NCBI GenBank assembly: GCA_963776345.1
Contig: CAVZMH010000015.1
Span: 256,001-320,000 of the forward strand
Length of the DNA: 64,000 nucleotides
Reading direction: 5' to 3'
DNA from: an uncultured delta proteobacterium
Lineage (GTDB): Bacteria > Myxococcota > Myxococcia > Myxococcales > Myxococcaceae
The notes under the pieces are model-generated. The model ran no database searches. It worked only from the letters and a program-made list of their open reading frames with translations, and was not told where the DNA came from. Position 1 is the first letter of the stretch; every line of letters begins with the position of its first letter. The translations under genes and the position numbers were made by a program. Of this stretch, positions 41,721 to 50,283 are shown one piece after another.

Positions 41721-43187
41721 ATGGCGTTCGAGCGCGACAGGCCGGGAAGCAGGAATCCCGTGTCCCCGGTTCCTGACCAGCCGCTGGAGCCCACCACCCC
41801 CTTGCCCCCGTCCACTGCCGGCCTCCGCCCCGATGGCTCCACCCTCGAGGTGGGGGCGATGGTCGCCGGCCGGTTCGCCATCGTCCGCTTCATCGCCCGC
41901 GGCGGCATGGGCGCGGTCTACGAGGCCGAGGACACGACGCTCCGCACCCGGGTGGCGCTGAAGACCATCCTCCCCGAGTTCTCCGCGGACCCGAACGCGA
42001 TGGAGCGCTTCCGGCGCGAGGTGCTGCTCGCCCGGCGCATCACCCACTTCAACGTCTGCCGCATCTTCGAGCTCTACGACACCATCGACCCGCAGGGCGA
42101 CCGGCTGTCGTTCCTCACCATGGAGCTGCTCCATGGCGAGACGCTCGCCGAGCGCCTGGCCCGCACCGGTCCACTGGCCACGGCCGAGCTGTCGGTGCTC
42201 CTCCGGCAGCTCGCCGACGGGCTCGAGGCGATGCACCTCCAGGACGTGGTGCACCGGGACTTCAAGCCGGCCAACGTGTTCCTGGTCCACCGGCGCGATG
42301 GCGCGGGGCACGCGCCGCTCCGCGCCGTCATCACCGACTTCGGCATCGCCCGGGCGCTGCACCGGGTGGAGAAGGACGGCGACAGCTCGATGACCGCCCG
42401 GGTGGGCTTCATCGGAACCCCGGCGTACATGGCGCCGGAGCAGCTGACCGGCGGCACCGTCTCGGCGGCCACGGACATCTACGCGCTGGGCATCGTGCTG
42501 TACGAGGCGCTCACCGGGCACACCCCGTTCGCCGGGCAGACGCCCATGGAGGCGGCGCTGAAGCGGCTCCAGCAGGCGGCCGCCCCGCCCTCCATCTTCG
42601 TCCCCTCGCTCGACCCCCGCTGGGACGCCACCATCCTGCGCTGCCTGGAGAAGGAGCCCTCGGCCCGCTTCCGGTCGGTCCGCGACCTCGTCCGGGCCCT
42701 GGACGCGAGCGCCCAGGACACCCGCAGCCAGACGGCGGTGCTCGGCTTCCGGAACCTCTCGGGCCGGCCCGACGCCGGGTGGATCTCCACCGCGCTGGCC
42801 GAGCTGGTGGGCCGGGAGCTGTCGACCGCATCCGACGTGCTGCGCCTGGTTCCCCCGGAGGAGGTCTTCCGCGCCCAGCGCGCGCTGAACCTCGGAGCCC
42901 AGGACAGCCTCCCGCGTGACTCGCTGGAGAAGCTCCGCGACTCGGCCGGCGCCCGCTGGGTGGTGCTCGGGAGCTACCTCTGCGTCGGGCCGGGGTCGGC
43001 CAGCCCGCTCCGCGTGGCCATCCGGGTCCAGGACACCGACTCGGGCCAGGTGGTGAGCAACTGGACCGAGCGAGGCACGGTGGCCGAGCTCGGCGCGATG
43101 GCGGCCCGCGCCGGCGCCGAGGTGCGCAAGACGCTCATCGCCGCGGGGCAGGCCCCGCCCCAGCCCCCGGCACCCGCCGCGGGCTGA
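41721..43187 (+). CDS. Hanks-type Ser/Thr protein kinase with C-terminal TolB-N/FlgO-like domain
   Basis: GGMGAVY, VALK, HRDFKPAN, DFG, GTPAYMAPEQ, DIYALG all intact; tail AVLGFRNLSG...W...L.E..VLGSY. Confidence 0.92.
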   Translation: MAFERDRPGSRNPVSPVPDQPLEPTTPLPPSTAGLRPDGSTLEVGAMVAGRFAIVRFIARGGMGAVYEAEDTTLRTRVALKTILPEFSADPNAMERFRREVLLARRITHFNVCRIFELYDTIDPQGDRLSFLTMELLHGETLAERLARTGPLATAELSVLLRQLADGLEAMHLQDVVHRDFKPANVFLVHRRDGAGHAPLRAVITDFGIARALHRVEKDGDSSMTARVGFIGTPAYMAPEQLTGGTVSAATDIYALGIVLYEALTGHTPFAGQTPMEAALKRLQQAAAPPSIFVPSLDPRWDATILRCLEKEPSARFRSVRDLVRALDASAQDTRSQTAVLGFRNLSGRPDAGWISTALAELVGRELSTASDVLRLVPPEEVFRAQRALNLGAQDSLPRDSLEKLRDSAGARWVVLGSYLCVGPGSASPLRVAIRVQDTDSGQVVSNWTERGTVAELGAMAARAGAEVRKTLIAAGQAPPQPPAPAAG

Positions 43188-43206
43188 CGGGCACCACCCC
43201 CGCTCG

Positions 43207-44916
43207 TCAGACCTCGGGCTGAGCGGCCAGGAACCGCTCGCGCTCGGGGCCCTCGGGCAGCTCTTCGGCGAGCGAGGCGAACAGCTCCCAGGGCGTGTTC
43301 GCGTTGCGCGCCGCCCGCTTCACCAGCGCCCGGGCCACCGGCCCCAGCGAGATGGCCAGCGCCTGTTCCGCCCGCTGCAGGTCGTCCTCCACCAGCGCGC
43401 GGGCCCGTGGCGGCGGAGCCTCGACCACCGGCGTGGGGCGGGACGGCGACCCGCGCGGGGGCGGCGCTGGCGCGGGCTGCACGGGCATCGGACGCGAGGG
43501 CGAGCCGCGGGGCATCGGCGAGGGCGGCTGCTCCACCACCGGCGTGGGCCGCGACGGTGAGCCGCGCGCCGGGGCCGGAGGGGGGGCCGGACGGGCCTGG
43601 GTGGAGGGTGGCCGCGCCTGGGTGGCCGCCGGGCGGGCGTGGGTGGAGGTCTTGCCCGGCGCACGCGGCGGGGTGCGGCCGCGGTGCCCCGGGTCCGAGA
43701 GGGTGCGGAGGAAGTCCTCACGCGAGACGTGGTCGGGGATGGAGGCCGAGAGGGTCTGGCAGGCGGTTCCCCAGTCCGGTGCGTCCCGGACCACCCGGTC
43801 CACCATCACCCGGGCGATGGGCCCGAGGTGGGGGGCCAGCGCGGCCTCGAGCACCGCCCGCTGCTCCGCCGTCACCCCGGCCGAGACGCCGGCCCGGGCC
43901 GCGGCCATCGCCCGGGAGGGCGCGTGCTGCGGCGGGAGCGGGGTGAGCGGTGCGCCCGGTGAGTGGGCGGCCCCGGGCGTGTACGGGGCACCCGGGGTGT
44001 AGGGGGCGCCGGGCGTGTACGGGGGGCCGGGAGTGGAAGTGGTGCCGCCGACCGCGCGGGAGCGGCGGATCCACGAGCGGGCGAAATCCTCGAACTTCCG
44101 CCGGTCGTCCCCGTTCTCGATCGACTCGGCCAGCTCGACCACCAGGGCCCGCGGGTCCTGGGTGGCCCGCGCCGCCCGGCGCACGAGGGTCTGGGCGAGC
44201 GGACCGATGCACTTGGCCAGGTAAGCGCCCAGCTCCTCCAGCGCTCCCGCGACCCAGCCCCCGGTGACGATGGCCGGCGCAGGAGCCTGGGCAGGCGGGG
44301 GAGCCTCCACCGGGGTGACCAGCGGGATGGGCTGCAGCATCGGGGGTGGCGCGACGGGCACACCCGGAACGGGCGTGCGGCCGGTGGGCCAGGTGACCTC
44401 CACCTCCCGCTCGATGGGCGGGCCGAGCTCGTAGACGTCGACCTCCTTGCCCTCCGCGGTGCGCCGCCGGCCGATCGGATGGAGCAGCGACTTGTGCTCG
44501 GCGCTGAGCGAGCAGACCACCTCGAAGAAGGACCGGCTGGAGAGGATCTGCCCCGGGGTGGCCACCGAGGCGAGCTGCGAGGCGACGGTGGGTCCCTCGC
44601 CCTGCGCGACCCCGTCGACGATGCGCACCGGTCCGAGGTGAATGGACAGCCGGGCGCCGAACCCGGTCCGGGCGGAGGCCTCGTGCTCCAGCGCGTCCCG
44701 GAGCCCGAGGGCGACGAAGAGCCCGTCCTCGGGGTCGCCCGGGAAGACCAGCACCAGCCCGCGCGGGTGCGCGACGGTGACCACGTCGTCCGCCTCGAGG
44801 TGTCCGATCGCGCGCGCGGCCGCCTCCTGCACGCACTCCAGCGCGTCCGGGCGAGGGTCGAGGACATCGAGGAACACCAGCGTTCCGACGAATGTCCTGT
44901 GACCGGGCTCGCTCAT
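43207..44916 (-). CDS. Degenerate class III nucleotide-cyclase-like domain + three helical '(L/I)GP(I/L/V)A' repeats + Pro-rich linkers
   Basis: TLVFLDV, ARLSIHLGPV, GQILSS.SF, VYEL cyclase-fold motifs; repeats LAKCIGPLAQTLVRRAAR / LAPHLGPIARVMVDRVVR / LAISLGPVARALVKRAAR. Confidence 0.75.
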   Translation of the reverse strand: MSEPGHRTFVGTLVFLDVLDPRPDALECVQEAAARAIGHLEADDVVTVAHPRGLVLVFPGDPEDGLFVALGLRDALEHEASARTGFGARLSIHLGPVRIVDGVAQGEGPTVASQLASVATPGQILSSRSFFEVVCSLSAEHKSLLHPIGRRRTAEGKEVDVYELGPPIEREVEVTWPTGRTPVPGVPVAPPPMLQPIPLVTPVEAPPPAQAPAPAIVTGGWVAGALEELGAYLAKCIGPLAQTLVRRAARATQDPRALVVELAESIENGDDRRKFEDFARSWIRRSRAVGGTTSTPGPPYTPGAPYTPGAPYTPGAAHSPGAPLTPLPPQHAPSRAMAAARAGVSAGVTAEQRAVLEAALAPHLGPIARVMVDRVVRDAPDWGTACQTLSASIPDHVSREDFLRTLSDPGHRGRTPPRAPGKTSTHARPAATQARPPSTQARPAPPPAPARGSPSRPTPVVEQPPSPMPRGSPSRPMPVQPAPAPPPRGSPSRPTPVVEAPPPRARALVEDDLQRAEQALAISLGPVARALVKRAARNANTPWELFASLAEELPEGPERERFLAAQPEV

Positions 44917-44955
44917 TCCGCTTCGGGAGTTGGGAGGAACAGAGGGGGGCCCAGT

Positions 44956-45825
44956 CTACTCCAACAGCTTCATCGCCTTCTCCAGGCTCCTCCGGAGTCG
45001 GTTGAACGACGTTGCCAGGACGCCGATCTCGTCACCGCTCGCCACCGAGAACTCCGGGACGTCGAAGTTGCCAGTGCTCACCTCGTCGGCCGCCTTCGAC
45101 ATCCGGACGATGGGTCGGATGACCAGCAGCGAGAGCACCACGTTGAGCACGATGAAGGCGAGGAGGAACACGCCCAAGAGCGAGGTCATGAACGTCTTGA
45201 ACGCCTGGTCCGCCTTGGCGAGCGGGACCGACATCGGCACCGAGATGATCTGCGCGCCCACCGTCTCGTTCAGCTTCCAGCCGAACCCGTTGGCCGGCCC
45301 GTAGTGCGCCACCATCGACTTGGGCGCGGTGTCCGGGGTGTCGTGACAGGGAAGGCAGCCCGGGTCCTTGATGGTCAGCGGCTTGGCCAGGTAGAGCGCC
45401 TTGCCGGTGGGGGTGTCGCGGGTGCCGCGGATCTCCGTCCGGGTGCCGTCGTCCCGGAACTTATTGACGATGTCCGCCTCCCACTCCACCGCGCGGTCGC
45501 GGGGGTTGGTGGGGTTCAGCGTGGCCTCCTTGTACGAGTACTCGGGATGCTGCTGGCGGAGGGCGTTGAACATCTCCGTCGCGGCGTAAGCCGGCACCGA
45601 CTGGGGCAGGAAGGCGCGCATGAGCTGGAGCTCGAGCTGCGGCTTGACCTGCTTCGAGGTGTAGCCACGGACGGCGAGCGCCGCGCCCATCATCAGCTCG
45701 GCGTTGCGCGTCACCTCCTCCTGGGCGTTCGCCTCGAGGATGCGCTTGGACACGTAGCCCGAGGCGGCGAGCCCCAGCGCGAAGACCAGGATCAGAACCA
45801 GGTTGAACTTGAGTCGCAGCCCCAT
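44956..45825 (-). CDS. DUF3365 (Tll0287-like) heme-c sensor with HAMP and no output domain
   Basis: Two TMs; YKEATLNPTNPRDRA, CLPCH (CxxCH), GFGWKLNETVGAQIISVP; HAMP DEIG.LA.SFNRL, then stop. Confidence 0.88.
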   Translation of the reverse strand: MGLRLKFNLVLILVFALGLAASGYVSKRILEANAQEEVTRNAELMMGAALAVRGYTSKQVKPQLELQLMRAFLPQSVPAYAATEMFNALRQQHPEYSYKEATLNPTNPRDRAVEWEADIVNKFRDDGTRTEIRGTRDTPTGKALYLAKPLTIKDPGCLPCHDTPDTAPKSMVAHYGPANGFGWKLNETVGAQIISVPMSVPLAKADQAFKTFMTSLLGVFLLAFIVLNVVLSLLVIRPIVRMSKAADEVSTGNFDVPEFSVASGDEIGVLATSFNRLRRSLEKAMKLLE

Positions 45826-45841
45826 GTGAGGACGTCCTCCG

Positions 45842-46318
45842 TCACCGACAGCTCGCTTGCATCTCGTCCCAGGCCTTGGTGAAGCCGATGAGGCTCACCA
45901 CGACCGAGTGGGTCCCGGTTTCCGGCCAGCTGGGCCAGAACCGCAGCTGGACCCTCGCCTTCAGCCCGCCCTTGAACTGGGCGACGAGGGAAGCCACCCC
46001 GGTCTTGAAGACCACCGCCTTGGCGCCGTCGAGTCCATCGGCCTTGACCGCCTCGTTCTTGTCCACCGCGATGAGGAGGTCGCGCTTGCTCTCGTCGAAG
46101 GTCGACTCGCTCACCACACGGAGCTCGGTCGGGGTGACCCGGACCTGGACGCTCGTGGTCTGGTAGCCATCGCTCAGCGAGGCCTTCTCGGAGTCGAGCC
46201 GGCACCCGCCGCTCGGCACCTTGACCATCGTCCAGGCGTCCTTCTCCTTTTCCGGCGCAGCTGCACCCAGAAGGCCGAAGGACACCGTCGGAATCAACCA
46301 TCGCAGTGAAGAACGCAT
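45842..46318 (-). CDS. Exported hypothetical protein (IalB-like pattern)
   Basis: Signal-like N-terminus; W....C near the start and SLIGFTKAW....C at the end; 16 nt upstream of the sensor gene. Confidence 0.65.
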   Translation of the reverse strand: MRSSLRWLIPTVSFGLLGAAAPEKEKDAWTMVKVPSGGCRLDSEKASLSDGYQTTSVQVRVTPTELRVVSESTFDESKRDLLIAVDKNEAVKADGLDGAKAVVFKTGVASLVAQFKGGLKARVQLRFWPSWPETGTHSVVVSLIGFTKAWDEMQASCR

Positions 46319-46538
46319 CCGTCCTGCTCCCCCGAGAGCCCCGCGCCATCGCGCGATGCACGACCTACATGTCGGTTCTGGGCCCTGGTCCACGCCGGAT
46401 TGGCGACGAACTCTAGGCGCGCGCCACGGGGGGCGTCCATGGGCGCGTGCGGCAGGCCGCCACCCAGCCTCCCGGGGGAGTGCCCCCGGGGTCATCCACA
46501 CCCTGGGCCGACCGTGGCAGCCTCTTCCCCCCGGGCCG

Positions 46539-47618
46539 TCAGACCCCGAGCAGGGCTCGGATCCGGCTGGCCACCAGGGCCAGGTCCCCCGGGGCCTTCA
46601 CCGGCTCGAAGCGGGTGGTCGAAGGGTCCCCGCGCGGCACCTCGACGAAGCGCACCGGCATGAGCGGCGTGCCGTCGGGGCGCCGCAGGCTCGAGGCCTC
46701 GGCGGTCACCTGCTCGAGCTGGATGACCGGCGCGCCGTCCACCGTCTTCCTCACCGCCCGGAACGGGACCGGGATGGGCGCCTCGAGCAGCGGAAGCAGG
46801 CGGAAGGTGATGTTGTTGGTGGAGATGGTGGCGTGGGCGCTCGGGTCCACCTTCTCCACCAGCTGGAGCTGACCACCGACCCGCACCGGGGCCGCTCCCA
46901 CGTCGAGCTTCCCGTCCGGTGCGCGCCGCGGCGTCACCTCGACCGTCATGGCGGCGCCGCCCTCGGCGTGCATCCCCAGCACCACCGGGTCGAGCGTGGC
47001 GGCCAGGTTGTCGACGTTGGAGAAGTAGACGTGGACCGCGCCGAGTCCGCGGAGCCGCTCGCCCACGCCGCTCGCCCGGAGCGCCCGGAAGACGTCGCCG
47101 TGGCCGCTCGGGGCGAGCGACGGGGCGCCCGAGGCATCCCGGGCGATGGCGCCGTCCGCCGTCAGCCGCGGCAGGTGCGCTTGCATGAATGGGAACACCG
47201 GCACGCGCGGAGGGTGCGCGGCCAGGTGCTCGGCGATGCCCTCGTCGGTGAGGAACGAGGTCATCAGCGCGACGGGGACCGGCCGCCCCACCCGCTCGGA
47301 CGTCCGCTCCACGTCGAGCAGCTTGAGGTCGAGGAAAGTCTTCCCCTCGATCACCGGGACCAGCGCCTTCACCGCCCCGCCGAAGCGCGTCCCCGCCCCG
47401 CCGGCGACGACCAGCGCCGCCACCTTGCCCTCCCGGAGCAGCGCCTCGCCGATGGCGCCGAGCCGCGCGTGCTCCGGCGTCCCGCTGGGCGGGAGCGGCG
47501 CGACGTCGCCTGGACGGAGAGGCTCGAGCGTCCTGGGAGGGGGCGCCTCCACCACCTCGCCGCGCCGCCAGGCCTCCACCAGCTCCCGGAACAGCGCCTC
47601 GTCGTACGGCCGGGTCAT
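46539..47618 (-). CDS. UDPGP-family (eukaryote-like) UTP--sugar-1-phosphate uridylyltransferase
   Basis: [43 protein letters not shown]. Confidence 0.88.
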   Translation of the reverse strand: MTRPYDEALFRELVEAWRRGEVVEAPPPRTLEPLRPGDVAPLPPSGTPEHARLGAIGEALLREGKVAALVVAGGAGTRFGGAVKALVPVIEGKTFLDLKLLDVERTSERVGRPVPVALMTSFLTDEGIAEHLAAHPPRVPVFPFMQAHLPRLTADGAIARDASGAPSLAPSGHGDVFRALRASGVGERLRGLGAVHVYFSNVDNLAATLDPVVLGMHAEGGAAMTVEVTPRRAPDGKLDVGAAPVRVGGQLQLVEKVDPSAHATISTNNITFRLLPLLEAPIPVPFRAVRKTVDGAPVIQLEQVTAEASSLRRPDGTPLMPVRFVEVPRGDPSTTRFEPVKAPGDLALVASRIRALLGV

Positions 47619-49252
47619 CTCGGCGACACCTCCCACCCCCAGCCCGGCAGCCCCAGCGCAGGCCGGGGGCCGAGGTTCACGGTGACGGTCAACCCCGGCC
47701 GCTCCAGCCGGTAGGCCCGGACCTCGCGGTGCACCCGCGGCCACGTGGAGCCGATGAGGTCCTGGTGGCGCCGGCGGATGGCCAGCATCTGCCGGTAGTG
47801 CTCGCGCAGCCGGGCGCTGCCCTCCCGCGCCGGGCGCGAGCGGCTGAACGTCTCCTCCGCCTGCGGGTCCGGGACCTCCGTGGCCTGGGCGATGTGCTCC
47901 GCCCGGCGCCCCTCGGACACGGCCCTCGCCAGCTCCGGGTCGCCGTGGCTGGTGAAGTAGAGGAACGGCCGCGTCTCGCCGTGCTCCTCACCCATGAAGA
48001 GCAGGGGCAGCCCGGGGCCGAGCACGAGCAGCGTGGCGAGCGGCTCCAGCGCCTCGGGCGGTACGAGGCTCGCTAGCCGCTCGCCGGCCGGCCGGTTCCC
48101 GACCTGGTCGTGGTTCTGCAGGGAGACGACGAACTGCCGGGGAAGGAGCCCCTCGGTCCGGGTGCCGTGCGGCTTGCCCCGGAAGCGCGAAGGCTGGCCC
48201 TGGTAGACGAAGCCCTGCTCGAGCGCGGTCACCAGTTCCTGGGGCTCGCCGAAGTCCACGTAGAACGCCCCGCGCTCGCCGGTGAGCATCGCGTGGAGCA
48301 CGTGGTGGAAGTCGTCGGCCCAGGCGGCGGTGCAGCCCCACCCCGCGGGCGGCGGGTCGACCACCTTCCGGTCGTTCAGGTCGGTCTCGGCGATGACCTG
48401 CGCCCTCCCTCCGGAGGCCGCGTGGACCGCGCGCACGATGTCGGCGACGAGGTGCACCGGGCTGTCGTCCACGATGGCGTGGACCGCGTCGAGCCGGAGC
48501 GCGTCCAGGTGAAAGTCCTCCACCCAGGACCGGGCGGCCTGCACCATGTACGCACGGACCGGCCCCGAGTCCGGACCGTCGTAGTTCATCCCGTCTCCCC
48601 AGGGCGATCGGTGGCGCGAGGTGGTGTACGGGCCGAACTCGCCCAGGTAATTCCCCTCGGGCCCGAGGTGGTTGTAGACCACGTCGAGGCAGACGCCCAG
48701 CGCGAGCGCGTGGGCCCGGTCCACGAAGCGCTGCAGCGCCGCGGGCCCGCCGTAGGCCGGATGCACCGCGTGGAGCAGCACGCCGTCGTAGCCCCAGTTG
48801 CGCGCCCCGCCGAAGGGCTGCACCGGCATCAGCTCGACGCAGCTGACGCCCAGGTCCACCAGCTCGGGCAGCCGCCCGGCCGCGGCGTCCAGCGTCCCGT
48901 CCTCGGTGAACGTGCCCACGTGCAGCTCGTAGAAGACCAGCGCCTCGGGGCGGACGCCGCCCCATCCTCGATCGGTCCAGCGGAACACGCCCGGGTCGAA
49001 GATGGCCGACGGACCGTGGACGTCGCCCACCAGGGCCCGGGCCGCCGGGTCGGGCCGCACGCGCCCGTCGGGGAACACCAAGGCGTACGGCGTGCCCGGC
49101 TGAAGCGCCGGGAGGTCGGCCGTCCACCACCCGCCGGGTCCGGGAGCGAGCGACGCCTCCCGCTCCCCGAACCTGACCTCGAGGCCGTCGGCGCGCGGCG
49201 CCCATACCGCGAGCCGCAGGCCGTTCCGCTGTCTGGAGACTCCGTGGCGCAT
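47615..49252 (-). CDS. treZ: Malto-oligosyltrehalose trehalohydrolase
   Basis: [55 protein letters not shown]. Confidence 0.95.
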   Translation of the reverse strand: MRHGVSRQRNGLRLAVWAPRADGLEVRFGEREASLAPGPGGWWTADLPALQPGTPYALVFPDGRVRPDPAARALVGDVHGPSAIFDPGVFRWTDRGWGGVRPEALVFYELHVGTFTEDGTLDAAAGRLPELVDLGVSCVELMPVQPFGGARNWGYDGVLLHAVHPAYGGPAALQRFVDRAHALALGVCLDVVYNHLGPEGNYLGEFGPYTTSRHRSPWGDGMNYDGPDSGPVRAYMVQAARSWVEDFHLDALRLDAVHAIVDDSPVHLVADIVRAVHAASGGRAQVIAETDLNDRKVVDPPPAGWGCTAAWADDFHHVLHAMLTGERGAFYVDFGEPQELVTALEQGFVYQGQPSRFRGKPHGTRTEGLLPRQFVVSLQNHDQVGNRPAGERLASLVPPEALEPLATLLVLGPGLPLLFMGEEHGETRPFLYFTSHGDPELARAVSEGRRAEHIAQATEVPDPQAEETFSRSRPAREGSARLREHYRQMLAIRRRHQDLIGSTWPRVHREVRAYRLERPGLTVTVNLGPRPALGLPGWGWEVSPR

Positions 49253-49423
49253 GGCGGCAACACCTAGTCACGTCCGGCGCGCAGATGGGAGTCCAGACCT
49301 GACGGATGGCGAGCGGCGGGTGCGGCGAGGTGGGCCGCCCTCGACCCACCCGCCCCCCGGGGGGGGCTCCGGGCGCCACCGGGGCACGCCGGCGGTAGAC
49401 TCGGCCGGCCGCCCTTCCCTCGG

Positions 49424-49891
49424 ATGCCCCTGCCCTCACACTCCAGCCCTGCGCCGACCCCCGCCTTCCGCGTCCGGCTCGCCCGCCGGGGCGACGGCGA
49501 GCACCTCGGCCTGCTCCTCGCCGAGCTCGGCCACGCGGGTGCGGGGGACACCGGCACCGTCCACTGGGTGCTGAGTCATCCGGAGATCGAGGTCCACGTC
49601 GCGGCGGACGGCGGCGACCGTCCGCTCGGGCTCCTCTCCTTCTCCCACCGGCCGCAGCTCCGCCTCAGCGGGCGCATCGCCACCATCGACGAGCTGGTGG
49701 TGCTCCCCTCGGCGCGGCGTCAGGGCGTGGGACGGGCCCTGATGCAGCGGGCGCTGGAGCGGGCGCGGGTGCTGAGCGTGAAACGAGTGGACCTGCAGCT
49801 GCCGAGCGTGCCCACCGAGGCCACCTTCCGCTTCTGCGAGGCGATGGGCTTCACCGACGCCGAGCGCGGGGTCCTCACCCGGGGGCCTTGA
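49424..49891 (+). CDS. GNAT family acetyltransferase
   Basis: IDELVV.PSARRQGVGRALM acetyl-CoA motif A. Confidence 0.85.
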   Translation: MPLPSHSSPAPTPAFRVRLARRGDGEHLGLLLAELGHAGAGDTGTVHWVLSHPEIEVHVAADGGDRPLGLLSFSHRPQLRLSGRIATIDELVVLPSARRQGVGRALMQRALERARVLSVKRVDLQLPSVPTEATFRFCEAMGFTDAERGVLTRGP

Positions 49892-50249
49892 GCGTCCACG
49901 CGCCGGGCAAGGTGGTGGGCCCGAGCCGGTGCACCAGCGCCGCCAGCCGCTCCTTCGCCTCGGGGTCCACCTCCCGGAAGCGCACCCCGATGGCCTGTTC
50001 GCGGGACCGCGCCCAGGCGACCACCCCCTCCACCTCGAAGCGCTCGTCCTCGACGAGCAGCACCAGCTGGAGCAGGTGGCCCACCGGGTAGCTGCGCTCG
50101 GTCCGGAGGCAGATGCCGCCCACCGAGAAGTTCAGCGCGTAGGAGCGGAGGGCCTCGGCCGCGGCGACCACGTCGCGAAAGTGGACCTCGATCCGCACCG
50201 GGATGCGGTCCGTTGCCCGCCGCTCCTCGCCCTCGTGGGAGGTCTCCAT
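49875..50249 (-). CDS. Stand-alone PilZ domain protein (TIGR02266-like)
   Basis: RATDR (RxxxR) and NFSVGG (N/DxSxxG) c-di-GMP motifs; IGVRF. Confidence 0.88.
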   Translation of the reverse strand: METSHEGEERRATDRIPVRIEVHFRDVVAAAEALRSYALNFSVGGICLRTERSYPVGHLLQLVLLVEDERFEVEGVVAWARSREQAIGVRFREVDPEAKERLAALVHRLGPTTLPGAWTLKAPG

Positions 50250-50283
50250 CTCGCGCCGGAGGTGACGGCCGGCCCTGCGGTGT

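Noticed and set aside
37584..43187. 1867-aa ORF suggesting a giant kinase
   Set aside because: The first ~1380 aa are antisense to the membrane-protein gene and Ser/Arg/Thr-rich; the kinase starts near 41721.
46471..46490. CCCGGGGG/CCCCCGGG hairpin and a similar C/G palindrome near 49352-49367 as a REP family
   Set aside because: The two do not share sequence beyond C/G runs, and such hairpins are expected by chance at this GC content.
33960..46500. Prophage or integrative element at selC
   Set aside because: No integrase, phage genes or att duplication found by eye.
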